Source: a virus
Length of the DNA: 64,000 bases
Direction: 5' to 3' (one strand)
IMG/VR virus record: IMGVR_UViG_3300009593_000010
Location: 1 to 64,000 of that record
Made by a program: the position numbers and the translations under genes. This document shows, piece after piece, positions 36,405 through 47,823 of the stretch. How positions within the stretch are numbered: the stretch's first letter is position 1; each line of letters starts with the position of its first letter. A model generated the notes under the pieces. It was given only the letters and a program-made list of their open reading frames with translations, was not told the DNA's origin and did no database searches.

Positions 36405-39400
36405 GTGGCTCAGAAAACAGACCTAAATGTTAGTCCTTATTATGATGACTTTACGGAGAGCAAGAACTTTCATCGTGTTCTCTTTAAACCATCAGTTGCC
36501 ATACAGGCGAGGGAACTAACACAATTACAATCGATACTGCAAAACCAGATTGAGAGATTTGGTAATCACATCTTTAAAGAAGGTTCTCTTGTACTAGGTG
36601 CAAGAACTAACTTTGATAATCAATACTTTGCAGTAAAGGTTACGGACACAAATCCAAATGGGAGTGGTACAACTGCCACTGAGTCTTTTCGTGCAGATGC
36701 ATTAGATAAGTTTTATCAAGGTGAAACTTCTGGGGTAGTTGCAAAGGTAATTAATACTACTGCAAAGACATCCGATGATCCACTAACACTACATATTAAA
36801 TATCAGGCAACTGGTAATTCTGGTTCAACCTATTATAACGAGTTTATTGATGGAGAGGAAATCCATCGAGTAACTCAAAATTCAAATGGTACATGGACAG
36901 ATGCATCTGATAACAATGAGTTTAAAGTATTCTCTCAAACAGGTGTTTCTGATGTAGGTTCTGTTCAAGGTTCAGCTGCAAGTATATCCGAAGGTGTTAT
37001 ATACACTCGTGGTAATTTTGTCAAGGTTGCAAAACAAACAGTCATCCTAGAAAAATATTCTTCAACTCCATCCTACAAGATAGGACTAGATGTTGGAGAG
37101 ACACTTATATCCTCAACAGAAGATGATAGTCTATTAGATAATGCGTCTGGTTCAACAAACGAAAATGCTCCAGGCTCTGATAGATTAAAAATATCTCTAA
37201 CTCTAGCAAAGAAATCTCTTACTGCAACAGACTCAACTAACTTCATCGAATTGATGAGAGTTGAGGCAGGTGTTGTAACTAAGAGAGTAGAGATAACAGA
37301 ATACTCAAGAATTCAAGACACTCTTGCAAGACGAACATATGACGAGAGTGGAGACTATATGTTGCAGCCCTTTACTGTGTCATTTCGAGAACATAAGAAT
37401 GACTTAAATAACAATGGGGTATACAAGTCAACAGACACACCAGTAGGGGACACAAGTAAATTTATTGCTGTTATTTCTGCTGGTAAAGCATATGTAAGAG
37501 GTTATGAAGTTGATAGACAAACCAACACCTTCCTTACACTGGATAAAGCAAGAGAAGTAAACTCTGTAAGTAATGCTTCTTCACCATTTAGAATAGGGAA
37601 CTATGTTAAATGTAAATTCATGTATGGAACTCCAGACATTGGAGATGAAGGAACAATTGCACCATTCTCAACAGTAGCAATTTACGATACTGCAAAAGGA
37701 AGTTCTGCAAGTGATACTGCAAGTGGTACACAAATTGGTACTGCAAGAGTTCGTGCTATAGAGTATGACTCAACTGGAGTTTATCAAGTATACCTTTTTG
37801 ATATGCAGATGTATACTAATTTAACAGTAGCATCTGGTGCAATCAACAGGGGTCAAAAATATAAAGGTGTGACTTCTGGTGCGACAGGTATTTCCGATAC
37901 TAACGGAACAGTCACCTCAGTTAACTTAATCAATGTCACTGGAACATTCCAAACTGGTGAGACACTTAGACCAATAGAAGATTCAACTGGTGGTGTAGCA
38001 ATTGGTTCAAGTAATGGTGATGTAAGAACATACAATGCTAGACGAGCAAGACGACTTCATCAATCTGGTGGAAGTGGTGTTAACTTTGCAGCTGACTTGG
38101 TACTAGAAGATAACTTTACATTAACTGGAACAGGTTATGTTGATATAAGTGCAGATGCAGATTTAGTAAATGGTGTTGCATCTAAGTATAGTTCTGAAAT
38201 AGAACTAGGGGATCAACTCTTATTCCCAAATGGATCAACAGGAATTGTTGATGTAGTAACAAGTGATACTAGTATTTCAGTTGCAACCGATTTAACTGCG
38301 GATACTAATGGTAAGATAATAAGACAAAGAGCAAAAGTTTATAAAGGAGACCAAACAGTCGCAATCTCTGGACTACCACATGATGGTATTAAGACCATTA
38401 CAGTAGACAGTGAAGTAGTAAGACGACAACAATTGGTTACTGTTGCAAGTAACAGAATAACAATGAGTGCTGGAAGTGGAGAAAGTTTCGATGCATATAG
38501 TGCTGATAATTATGTTGCATCAAACGAATCAACTGGTGCAGCGATAGATTTATCTACTGCAACTTTTGTTGGTGCGGGAACGACAACAGCATATTTCACT
38601 GGTGGTAATGTACCAGCAAATGGTGTAGTGGTTAAAATAACTTCTACTATTACAAGAGGTTCTACAACTGCAGCTACCAAAACGATTACTAAATCTGCTG
38701 CAGCCACAGTTGATGACGCAAACCCAACAATATATGGAGTAGGATATCAACATCAAGACATCACACTAGGTGTTCCAGATGTTTATAAAGTTCGTGCAGT
38801 TTATGAGGGTGGAAACTCGATTACATATGGTGCGTCTGATACAGTAACAACAAACCCTATGCCACCTTCATTTGTTTATACTGCCGACTCTGGAAACTCA
38901 GTTGCAATCTCAGATGCTGGAACACTTATAACAGGTAGTGTTTCTAATGCAAGAGGATTCTTAATAGAAAATGATAGTGGAAACTGTCATGTCTATTACG
39001 GAAAAGGAAGTCCTCAGTTTTCAAATAATGAAGCAGTCACAACAGAAGCGGGTGCATCTGGTGTAATCACAAAACTTACACATGGTTCACAAGACATTAC
39101 AGAAAGATATATTTTAGATGATGGACAAAGAGATGGATATTATGGTCTTGGAAAAATAACAAGGAAAGCAGGGACACCTGTACCAGTAGGAAAATTATTA
39201 GTAATATTTGATTACTTCTCACATGGTTCTGGAAACTATTTTACCTCTGCATCTTATCCAATAGAATATACAGAAATTAAAAATTATGTTGCAGACAGGG
39301 TAGATGTTGCTGCAACTATGGAACCAGATGGAAGTTTCGAGTTAGGAGACTCTATCGATTACAGACCATCTGTTGCAGACCTATGGGGAACTGCACCAAG

Positions 39401-42400
39401 TAATGATATAACAAGTGGAACTCCAGTAGATATATCTGATATATCTTCTTACCCTTTCTCATATGCATCTAGTTCATTTGGAACTGGAGCTCATACTTGT
39501 GATGTTCCGAAAATAGGTTCTAACATTACAGTAGATTACGATCATTATCTTGGAAGAAAAGATAGACTATACCTTACTAGTAAAGGACAATTTGAAATTG
39601 TTAAAGGTGAGAGTTCACTAAACCCAATTGCTGGTAATACAATACAGAATGCAATTGAGATTGGTACAATAGATATACCACCTTATACTACTAATGCATC
39701 AGAAGTTTCTATAAAACTATTATCACATAGACGATATACAATGAAAGACTTGGAGAAAATGGGTAAGAGGTTACAGAACCTTGAGACCGCAGTTTCTCTT
39801 TCTATGTTAGAAACAACTGCTGAAGGAATGCAGATTTTAGATGATGATGGATTTGATAAATATAAATCTGGATTCGTAGTAGATTCATTTAGAGGTCACT
39901 CTATTGCTGATGTTTTACATCCAGACTATGGGATTGCAATAGATCAGGCAACTCAACTTGCACGACCAGACCATCATACTGATTTCTTTGACATAGGTAT
40001 GAATAGTGATAAATCTTCTAATGTTACTAAATCTGGTAATGCAGAAATTGGTTATGTAGTCACTTTACCATTCTCCGAAGAGGTGTTCTTATCGGCTGAT
40101 AAAGCATCAAGAGAATTGAATGTAAACCCATACGACATTGCAACCTTTATAGGTAGACTTGATTTAAGTCCAGATAGAGATTTGTGGCATGATAGAGAAG
40201 CACTACCTAATATTTCAACCAGTTCAGAAGGAAACTTCGATGCAATTGTTGCTGGATTACCAAATGGTGTAGGAACTGTTTGGAACGAGTGGCAACAAAC
40301 TTGGGCGGGTGAACCAGATATAACTTCAACCAGTTCAACAGTTTTTGATCCAATCGTGACTCAAACCCAAAGGGGGTTTGGTGGTAGACAAAATAGAGGT
40401 TGGGATGAGGCAGTCGGAAACTTATGGAACAGAGGAAATAGAGGAAACTGGAGAGGAGAAAGAGCAAGGGATTGGGATGTGCCAGCTGCAATTGCTGGAA
40501 CTGCATCCAGTACCACAACAACAGTATCGAGAAGTGTAACTCCTACAAGAGAAGGTAGAAGTGGTATTCAAACATCAGTTGTTGAAGATATTGTAAACAC
40601 AACTAATGACAGAGTAGTTAGTGTTAATGCTATACCTTTCATGAGAAGTATTCCAGTAACAATCTCTGGATCATTACTTAAACCAAACACAAGTTTGAAT
40701 GTATTCTTTGATGGTATTGATGTTACATCACATTGTAGTCCAACACCAGTCACAACTAGTCAAGGAAAACTATCCACAGTATTCACAATACCAAACACTG
40801 ATACACTAAGATTCCCAACAGGTGTTAGAACACTTAAAGTTACTAATGCATCAACTGTAAACGGAACTAGTCAGACAAGTGCAATTGCAAACTTCATGGC
40901 AAATGGTTCTCTTACTACCACACAATCAGAAACTATATCTACAAGAAATGGTAGAATAGTTCAAACTAATGTTTCTGGACAAAGGCCAGGTGAACTTGTA
41001 ACTACAGATGAGTCAATAGAATTTACGCCAGGAACACCTAGAGTTATTTGGGAAGACCCACTTGCACAATCGTTTCTTGCATCATCCGAAGAAGGTGCAT
41101 TCATTAGTTCAGTAGAAGTATATCTATCTACTAAAGATTCTGGTGGACTTCCAATTACAGCTTCTATCCGAGAAATGAGTAATGGATATCCAACACAACA
41201 GATTTTACCTAGTGCAGAAGCAGACATGTATCCAAGTGATATAACAACATCAAGTGATGGTTCTGTTGCAACTAAATTTACATTCCCACATCCAATATAT
41301 GTAAGACCATTTAGAGAATATTGTATTGTGTTGATGTCTAACTCTAATGCATACAATGTGTGGGTTGGTCAGATGGGTGACTTTGATGTTAAAACAAAAG
41401 AACCTATAGACAAACAACCATTTGCTGGGGTATTATTTAAGTCTCAGAATAGTTCTACATGGACTACTGAACAAATGCAAGACATGAAGTTCAAGATTAA
41501 TCGTGCTAAGTTTACAGAACTTACAGGTAAGTTGACAATGGAAAATATTCAGCACGACATGAATAAGAAACTAACTACTAACCCAATAGAAATTATTGGA
41601 ACAGGTGCAGCTGCTAAATTCAAAGTTTATCAAAGATCACATGGAATGTATGACACCGATTCAAATGTAACGATTGCTGGTGTCACAGGAAACCGAACAA
41701 ATTCAATATTATCATTAGAGACACCATCTGTAAGTGGAACAGGTGGAATAGGATCGTATACCGATGTTCAATTATTCTCTTCTGGTACTAGTGCAAACTA
41801 TGCTGCTGGTGCAAATACAGGTGCAACTTGTAATGTAAGTTTAAGTGGTACTGGTACTGTTAGTGCAATTACAGTTAACAATCCTGGCTCTGCATTTGCA
41901 ACTACCGATACTTTATTAATTAAACAGAATGAAGTTGGTGGTACTGGTGCTACAACATTTGCCACAATAGGAGTTGGAACTGTAGGTGACACATTAGGTG
42001 GTATTTCGATTGCACAAATTAATAAAACACATACTAATATTGCATCTTACGATCTGGACTCATATGAGATCAGCACAACTATTACTGGAACAGAGGGTGG
42101 AATAGAAAATATTAGGGGTGGTGGAATTAGCACTAAACAGAGTGGGCCGACAGCAACCAAGAACTTATACTTTGATTTAATACATACTCTAATTCCAAAT
42201 ACACAACTACCTAATACTGGAATATTACCATCAGTTATAACTACAAGTACAAATACTCCACAAGGTATAACTCAGTCATATACTAGAGAAACAGTTAGTC
42301 AAACTATCGCGTTGAATGATAACAACACATTAAACCAATCTGGTATTGTTGCATCTTCAATTAACGAAACAAATGAGATGTCTAATGTAAGATCATTCCA

Positions 42401-42947
42401 AATTGATATGCAAATGACTTCTAATAATGATTGGGTCAGTCCAGTAATTGATATAGGTAATGGTGAGTCTCAAATGGGGGTATTAAACCCAACTCTTGGT
42501 GTCATTGGAATTATGAATAGAATTAATGATGTTGATTCGGCAAGTGATATTGCAGATAACTCAACATATGTCACATCTACCGAAGCAGATGGTGATAGTA
42601 ATAATTGTATTTACTTTACTAAGAAGATAGACATAGAGAATCCAGCATCAGAATTAAGAGTTCTATTTGAAGGATATAAACCTACTGCACCTCTTGGTGA
42701 TACTAAAATAGAAACATATTATAAGATACAAAAACAAGATGACAACACACCATTTGAAGAAAAGGGATGGACTCAATTCTCAACTACAAACGAACCAGAT
42801 GCAGATGCAACTAGATTTAGAACTTATGATTATACTGCATCGAACTTGGATGAGTTTGTAGGATTTGCAGTTAAGATTGTGATGAAATCTAAAGATACTG
42901 GGATAGTTCCTGCTATCAAAGCATTTAGAGGACTAGCACTTGCGTAA
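36405..42947 (+). CDS. VrlC-like (DUF4815-type) large baseplate/structural protein
   Basis: TDLNVSPYYDDF...F.RVLFKP...QARELTQLQSILQNQIERFG.HIFKEGS, ARRTYDESGDY, KSGFVVDSF; 2180 aa; GTG start. Confidence 0.85.
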   Translation: MAQKTDLNVSPYYDDFTESKNFHRVLFKPSVAIQARELTQLQSILQNQIERFGNHIFKEGSLVLGARTNFDNQYFAVKVTDTNPNGSGTTATESFRADALDKFYQGETSGVVAKVINTTAKTSDDPLTLHIKYQATGNSGSTYYNEFIDGEEIHRVTQNSNGTWTDASDNNEFKVFSQTGVSDVGSVQGSAASISEGVIYTRGNFVKVAKQTVILEKYSSTPSYKIGLDVGETLISSTEDDSLLDNASGSTNENAPGSDRLKISLTLAKKSLTATDSTNFIELMRVEAGVVTKRVEITEYSRIQDTLARRTYDESGDYMLQPFTVSFREHKNDLNNNGVYKSTDTPVGDTSKFIAVISAGKAYVRGYEVDRQTNTFLTLDKAREVNSVSNASSPFRIGNYVKCKFMYGTPDIGDEGTIAPFSTVAIYDTAKGSSASDTASGTQIGTARVRAIEYDSTGVYQVYLFDMQMYTNLTVASGAINRGQKYKGVTSGATGISDTNGTVTSVNLINVTGTFQTGETLRPIEDSTGGVAIGSSNGDVRTYNARRARRLHQSGGSGVNFAADLVLEDNFTLTGTGYVDISADADLVNGVASKYSSEIELGDQLLFPNGSTGIVDVVTSDTSISVATDLTADTNGKIIRQRAKVYKGDQTVAISGLPHDGIKTITVDSEVVRRQQLVTVASNRITMSAGSGESFDAYSADNYVASNESTGAAIDLSTATFVGAGTTTAYFTGGNVPANGVVVKITSTITRGSTTAATKTITKSAAATVDDANPTIYGVGYQHQDITLGVPDVYKVRAVYEGGNSITYGASDTVTTNPMPPSFVYTADSGNSVAISDAGTLITGSVSNARGFLIENDSGNCHVYYGKGSPQFSNNEAVTTEAGASGVITKLTHGSQDITERYILDDGQRDGYYGLGKITRKAGTPVPVGKLLVIFDYFSHGSGNYFTSASYPIEYTEIKNYVADRVDVAATMEPDGSFELGDSIDYRPSVADLWGTAPSNDITSGTPVDISDISSYPFSYASSSFGTGAHTCDVPKIGSNITVDYDHYLGRKDRLYLTSKGQFEIVKGESSLNPIAGNTIQNAIEIGTIDIPPYTTNASEVSIKLLSHRRYTMKDLEKMGKRLQNLETAVSLSMLETTAEGMQILDDDGFDKYKSGFVVDSFRGHSIADVLHPDYGIAIDQATQLARPDHHTDFFDIGMNSDKSSNVTKSGNAEIGYVVTLPFSEEVFLSADKASRELNVNPYDIATFIGRLDLSPDRDLWHDREALPNISTSSEGNFDAIVAGLPNGVGTVWNEWQQTWAGEPDITSTSSTVFDPIVTQTQRGFGGRQNRGWDEAVGNLWNRGNRGNWRGERARDWDVPAAIAGTASSTTTTVSRSVTPTREGRSGIQTSVVEDIVNTTNDRVVSVNAIPFMRSIPVTISGSLLKPNTSLNVFFDGIDVTSHCSPTPVTTSQGKLSTVFTIPNTDTLRFPTGVRTLKVTNASTVNGTSQTSAIANFMANGSLTTTQSETISTRNGRIVQTNVSGQRPGELVTTDESIEFTPGTPRVIWEDPLAQSFLASSEEGAFISSVEVYLSTKDSGGLPITASIREMSNGYPTQQILPSAEADMYPSDITTSSDGSVATKFTFPHPIYVRPFREYCIVLMSNSNAYNVWVGQMGDFDVKTKEPIDKQPFAGVLFKSQNSSTWTTEQMQDMKFKINRAKFTELTGKLTMENIQHDMNKKLTTNPIEIIGTGAAAKFKVYQRSHGMYDTDSNVTIAGVTGNRTNSILSLETPSVSGTGGIGSYTDVQLFSSGTSANYAAGANTGATCNVSLSGTGTVSAITVNNPGSAFATTDTLLIKQNEVGGTGATTFATIGVGTVGDTLGGISIAQINKTHTNIASYDLDSYEISTTITGTEGGIENIRGGGISTKQSGPTATKNLYFDLIHTLIPNTQLPNTGILPSVITTSTNTPQGITQSYTRETVSQTIALNDNNTLNQSGIVASSINETNEMSNVRSFQIDMQMTSNNDWVSPVIDIGNGESQMGVLNPTLGVIGIMNRINDVDSASDIADNSTYVTSTEADGDSNNCIYFTKKIDIENPASELRVLFEGYKPTAPLGDTKIETYYKIQKQDDNTPFEEKGWTQFSTTNEPDADATRFRTYDYTASNLDEFVGFAVKIVMKSKDTGIVPAIKAFRGLALA

Positions 42948-43143
42948 TAAAGTAGAAGGTAAAGATCACCTTATCAAAGATGAGGTTACTGGTGCAGTTA
43001 TAAATACTGATAGGAGTGGATATGTTGCTGTTAAAAGGAGAAGAGCAATATCCAGAGAACAGACAGTAGAAATACAAACTCTTAAAAGTGAAGTATTAGA
43101 ATTGAAAAGCATGGTAACAGAATTAATAGGGAATAGAAACTAA
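42940..43143 (+). CDS. Small conserved coiled-coil protein
   Basis: KVEG..HLIKDE.TGAVINTD motif; TTG start. Confidence 0.7.
   Translation: MRNKVEGKDHLIKDEVTGAVINTDRSGYVAVKRRRAISREQTVEIQTLKSEVLELKSMVTELIGNRN
42999..43006 (+). promoter_or_regulatory. Internal T4 late promoter
   Basis: TATAAATA upstream of the fibre gene at 43145. Confidence 0.5.
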
Positions 43144-43144
43144 A

Positions 43145-45697
43145 ATGGCACTAACAGTAAGTAATAACCAAACACTAGAAGATTTACGAGTCAGTCATAA
43201 TGACCTCGTAGATGATGTTGGTGGTATTGGAAGTTTAAGAACAGGTCAAAAATCATCAGTTGTAGATGCTGTTAATTCAATTATTGATGAATACTTTTAT
43301 TTCCAAGACTATGAGTTTACTGCATCTGGTGGAAGTAACGAAACTTTCTCTGGTAATGATAGCAGTGGAAACCCATTAGTCTATTCAAAGTCAAGAGTAT
43401 TAGTATTTAAGAATGGTTCTCTATTACGAAACGGAACACAATACTCTGCAACAAACGGAACATCTGTTCAGATGGTTGGTTCTACTTCTTCTGGTGACAT
43501 TATTAGAATAACTTCTTTTACAGGGTCATATGAAGGAACTGCAGCTGCAACTCAACAAACAACTTATTGGTCTCCATCTGGTGGTTCGATTTATAACACG
43601 AACACTGATGGGATCGTCATAAACTCAAATGATACAAGTGTAGTTACAAGTCCAGCAAGTGGATATGGAATGCAACTTGAAGCAAGTGGTGACGATATTT
43701 ATGTTAACACTGGTGGAAGTAATAAAGTACAATTTACTGGTAATATAGATGTCGATGGTACATCTACATTAGATGGTGCTGTAACTGGTGGGGTGAGTGT
43801 CACTGCACCATTAATCGAAGCATCAACCTCAGTACAAACTCCTTTAATAGAATATAGTGATGGTGATGATGCAATCACAATTGCAGATGGTGGTGGTGTA
43901 ACCTTTGGTTCAACTATCAATGCAAGTGCAGCTCATGTATCGACTTCTACAATTCAAGGAACAACAATAACTGCAACAACAGGATTTACTGGAGATGTTA
44001 CTGGAACAGTTTCAGATATCTCTAATCATAATACAGGGGCCCTAACAGAAGGGTCAAATCTATATTATACAAATGCAAGAGCAGATGCAAGAATTGCTGC
44101 TGCAAGTATCGATGATGTATCTGATGTAACAATCACTTCACCAGCAACTGGACATCATTTAACATGGAGTGGTTCTGCATGGACTAACTCAGCTGCTGAA
44201 TCTTCTGATGGTATCACCGAAGGTTCATCAAACTTATTCCATACTACAGAAAGAGTACAGGATGTCGTTGGTGCATTTGTAAGTGGTACTGGATCAACAA
44301 GTGTCACTTATGATGATGCTGCTGGTACACTGGTTATATCTTCTGCTGGTAAAACACAAGAAGAAATAGAAGACATTGTAGGAGCAATGGTAACTGGAAA
44401 TACCGAAACTGGTATTGGAGTTACCTATGAAGACTCTACAGGAACTTTAGACTTCGTTCTTAACGACAACTATCTCCAAGATAAAGTTGGAGAGATGGTA
44501 GCAGGAAACACTGAAACGAATATGACAGTGACTTATGATACTTCCGATAATACCATTGACTTCTCAGTTGCAGATGCTACAACCTCTGCAAAGGGTGTTG
44601 CACAATTTAGTTCAGATAACTTTGGAGTATCATCTGGTGTAGTATCTATTAAAAACGATGGTGTCACATTAGGAACAGAAACAACAGGAAACTATGTTGC
44701 AACACTTAGTGGTGGAACTGGTATAACTGCTAGTGGTTCTAGTGAAGGTTCAACACCTACAATTTCGATTACTAATACTGCTGTTACAGCAGGTACATAT
44801 GGATCAGCAACGGCAATACCAGCAGTAACAGTTAATGCACAAGGTCAAATAACATCTGCAACTACACATGCCATATCTGGATATTCTGGATTTACTTGGG
44901 GAATAGTTGGTGGTTCTAGTGCTGGAGTAATAGGTAGTGGTGAAACAGTTAGACTTGATGCTGGAACAGGTATATCTTTAACATTAAGTGGTAACGATAT
45001 TGAAGTTGCTTCCTCACTCTCAGTAGGAGATGGTGGACTAACACAAAAGAATTTTACAACAGCATTAAATACTAAATTAACTGGAATAGAAGCTAGTGCT
45101 ACAGCAGACCAGACAAATGCAGAAATAAGAGCAGCTGTTGAAGCAGCTACTGATTCAAATGTATTTAATGACGCAGACCATACTAAATTAAATGGTATTG
45201 CGGCCGGTGCAACAACAAATACTGGTACAGTTACTTCTGTTTCTGCTTCAAATGGGTTGGTTATTAGTGGTACAGCATCTACTACACCAACAGTAAGTCT
45301 AAACACAGTTACAGGTGGTCAAATCCATAGTTTGGGTGTAAACACTGCAACCTCTGGTACTGCTGGTGAGATTCGTGCAACAAGTAATATTACTGCATAC
45401 TACTCAGATGAAAGATTAAAAGATTTTGATGGTACTATTGAAAATGCACTTGATAAAGTGTGTTCATTAGGTGGTTATTACTTCCATGAGAATGCCCTTG
45501 CAAAAGAACTTGGTTATGAAAATGAACGAAGACAGGTTGGTGTATCTGCACAGGAAATTCAAAAAGTTCTTCCAGAGGTCGTTACAACAGCACCAATCGA
45601 TGATCAATACCTAACTGTATGGTATGAAAAACTAATTCCACTCCTAATTGAGTCCATAAAAGAACTCAAATCTCAAGTAGACGAATTAAAAAAATAA
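43145..45697 (+). CDS. Tail fibre with a C-terminal peptidase-S74 intramolecular chaperone
   Basis: Thr/Gly/Ser-rich shaft; YYSDERLK...ALDKV..L.G..F...VGVSAQEIQKVLPEVV...LTVWYEKLIPLLIESIKEL. Confidence 0.85.
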   Translation: MALTVSNNQTLEDLRVSHNDLVDDVGGIGSLRTGQKSSVVDAVNSIIDEYFYFQDYEFTASGGSNETFSGNDSSGNPLVYSKSRVLVFKNGSLLRNGTQYSATNGTSVQMVGSTSSGDIIRITSFTGSYEGTAAATQQTTYWSPSGGSIYNTNTDGIVINSNDTSVVTSPASGYGMQLEASGDDIYVNTGGSNKVQFTGNIDVDGTSTLDGAVTGGVSVTAPLIEASTSVQTPLIEYSDGDDAITIADGGGVTFGSTINASAAHVSTSTIQGTTITATTGFTGDVTGTVSDISNHNTGALTEGSNLYYTNARADARIAAASIDDVSDVTITSPATGHHLTWSGSAWTNSAAESSDGITEGSSNLFHTTERVQDVVGAFVSGTGSTSVTYDDAAGTLVISSAGKTQEEIEDIVGAMVTGNTETGIGVTYEDSTGTLDFVLNDNYLQDKVGEMVAGNTETNMTVTYDTSDNTIDFSVADATTSAKGVAQFSSDNFGVSSGVVSIKNDGVTLGTETTGNYVATLSGGTGITASGSSEGSTPTISITNTAVTAGTYGSATAIPAVTVNAQGQITSATTHAISGYSGFTWGIVGGSSAGVIGSGETVRLDAGTGISLTLSGNDIEVASSLSVGDGGLTQKNFTTALNTKLTGIEASATADQTNAEIRAAVEAATDSNVFNDADHTKLNGIAAGATTNTGTVTSVSASNGLVISGTASTTPTVSLNTVTGGQIHSLGVNTATSGTAGEIRATSNITAYYSDERLKDFDGTIENALDKVCSLGGYYFHENALAKELGYENERRQVGVSAQEIQKVLPEVVTTAPIDDQYLTVWYEKLIPLLIESIKELKSQVDELKK

Positions 45698-45722
45698 AAT
45701 AACGATTCAAAATCCTTAATAG

Positions 45723-45730
45723 TATAAATA
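45723..45730 (+). promoter_or_regulatory. T4 late promoter
   Basis: TATAAATA upstream of 45766. Confidence 0.75.
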
Positions 45731-45765
45731 CTACTTGATAACAATAACATTAGGTAGTAATTACT

Positions 45766-46101
45766 ATGGCAGCGATAAGTAACCTTTATATCGATCAAGG
45801 AGCAGATTTTTCAATAGCTGTTACCATGACCGATGCAACAGGTAATGCATTAAATTTGACAGGTGCTTCTTTCTTAGGACAATTAAGAAAGACTCATGCA
45901 AGTTCTAGTTTAAAAGCAACTTTTGGAACGACACATGATAGTGCTGGTGGAACCCTTACTCTTACATTAACTGATACCATAACCGCTGCATTAGACAGTG
46001 GAAGGTATGTGTATGATGTGGTGATGACAGGTTCCGATGCATCTAAGACAAGAGTATTAGAGGGTCAAGCAGTAATTACACCAGGCGTGAGTAGAAGTTA
46101 A
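45766..46101 (+). CDS. Small Ig-like virion protein (BppU-N-like)
   Basis: NLYIDQGADFS...LNLTG.....Q.RK...GRYVYDV......K.RVLEG...ITPGV. Confidence 0.65.
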   Translation: MAAISNLYIDQGADFSIAVTMTDATGNALNLTGASFLGQLRKTHASSSLKATFGTTHDSAGGTLTLTLTDTITAALDSGRYVYDVVMTGSDASKTRVLEGQAVITPGVSRS

Positions 46102-46115
46102 TTTAAGGAGAAGAT

Positions 46116-46328
46116 ATGGCAGATATCAAGGTACAGATTGCAAATCCAACAGCCAGACAGGTTAAACAGATTTCAGTAGGTAAACTAGATGCATCAACCA
46201 CATCAATTAATGGACTTATGGATGTAGATACCACTACTGCAACTTTGCAGAATGGAACTACTCTAGTATATGATGCAAGTGCAAACAAGTTTGAAGCAAC
46301 CAACGCAATAGATGGTGGCACTTACTAA
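46116..46328 (+). CDS. Small fibre-associated protein ending IDGGTY
   Basis: AGGAG SD; L.DVD....NG..LVYD.....F module. Confidence 0.7.
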   Translation: MADIKVQIANPTARQVKQISVGKLDASTTSINGLMDVDTTTATLQNGTTLVYDASANKFEATNAIDGGTY

Positions 46329-46356
46329 TTAGTTTATTTAATAGGAGAGGACAAAA

Positions 46357-47808
46357 ATGTCAACAGTAATTCAGATTAAGCGGTCTACAGGTTCCGCTGC
46401 CCCTACAACTTCTGAACTGGCTCAAGGTGAATTAGCATATTCAATGGATGCTTCCAATTCTGGAAGTGGTGCCATATTATATGTCGAATCTCAAGACAGT
46501 GGTGGTAGTGCGGTCATACAAAAACTTGGTGGAAAATATTATACAGAAATTCTCGATGGTTCAACACCTACCCCAGCAAATCTAATCGTAGGGAACGGAG
46601 CAACTGCTGGTGCAAGTATTCAACTAAGAGAAGACTCAGACAATGGTTCCAATTATACTGCATTAAAAGCTGCAGATACAATTGCAGCCAATGTAACATA
46701 CACATTACCAGCTGCGGATGGTTCTAGTGGTCAGTTCTTAAAAACTGATGGTTCTGGAGCATTATCATTTGGAACAGTAGTATCAACATTATCTCTTGCA
46801 GCGGACAGTGGTTCAAATGACTCACTATCTACTGGAGAGACAATTACATTCACAGGTGGTGAAGGTATCGATACAACAGTAGGTGATAATGTTATTACAG
46901 TTGCAGCTGAAGATGCTACATCAGCAAACAAAGGTGTTGCATCATTTAGTTCTTCACACTTTGATGTTTCCAGTGGTGCAGTCAGTCTTGCTGCTGCATT
47001 CATGGTCACAGAAGGTGAAGGAATTGGTTCTAACGATAACGACACAACTATTCCAACATCAGCTGCAGTAAAAGACTATGTAGATACAAATGTAACTGCA
47101 CAAGACTTAGATACTGCTGGTGATTCTGGAACAGGTGCAATAGATTTAGATTCTCAATCTCTAACAATTGCTGGTACGGCAAATGAGATTGAAACGGCTG
47201 CAAGTGGTCAAACAATAACAGTTGGATTACCATCTAATGTAACAGTAGGGAACAACCTTACAGTTACAGGTAACTTAACAGTTAATGGTACACAAACTAC
47301 AGTCAATAGTACAACAGTAACAGTAGATGACCCAATCTTTACAGTAGGTGGAGACAGTGCTCCAGGCTCTGATGACAACCTTGATAGAGGTATGGAATTC
47401 AGATGGCATAATGGAAGTGCTGCAAAATTAGGGTTCTTTGGTTATGATGACTCTACTGGTAAATTTACTTTTATTCCAGATGCAACAGACACAGGTGGTG
47501 TCATCACTGGTACTAAAGGTAACTTAGACATTGGTGGATTAGACCTTGCTGGTTCAATCACGAGTGTTGATGGTTCTGCACCAACTGCTGGTCAATTATT
47601 AATTGGTCATGGTGGTAATGGAGACATGGTTCTTGCAACTTTGTCTACTGGAGAGGGTGTAGATGTAACAAATGCAAATGGTAGTATTACCATTTCTGGT
47701 GAAGATGCAAGTACGAGCAATAAAGGTATTGCATCGTTTAACTCTAGTGAGTTTACTGTCTCATCTGGTGCAGTATCAATTACTGCGATAGATGGTGGTT
47801 CTTACTAA
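46357..47808 (+). CDS. Tail fibre protein (IQIKR N-terminal domain, IDGGSY C terminus)
   Basis: MSTVIQIKRSTGSAAP...L..GELAY; GNLTVTGNLTVNGTQTTVNST shaft motif. Confidence 0.8.
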   Translation: MSTVIQIKRSTGSAAPTTSELAQGELAYSMDASNSGSGAILYVESQDSGGSAVIQKLGGKYYTEILDGSTPTPANLIVGNGATAGASIQLREDSDNGSNYTALKAADTIAANVTYTLPAADGSSGQFLKTDGSGALSFGTVVSTLSLAADSGSNDSLSTGETITFTGGEGIDTTVGDNVITVAAEDATSANKGVASFSSSHFDVSSGAVSLAAAFMVTEGEGIGSNDNDTTIPTSAAVKDYVDTNVTAQDLDTAGDSGTGAIDLDSQSLTIAGTANEIETAASGQTITVGLPSNVTVGNNLTVTGNLTVNGTQTTVNSTTVTVDDPIFTVGGDSAPGSDDNLDRGMEFRWHNGSAAKLGFFGYDDSTGKFTFIPDATDTGGVITGTKGNLDIGGLDLAGSITSVDGSAPTAGQLLIGHGGNGDMVLATLSTGEGVDVTNANGSITISGEDASTSNKGIASFNSSEFTVSSGAVSITAIDGGSY

Positions 47809-47823
47809 GGGTAGGATAAAATT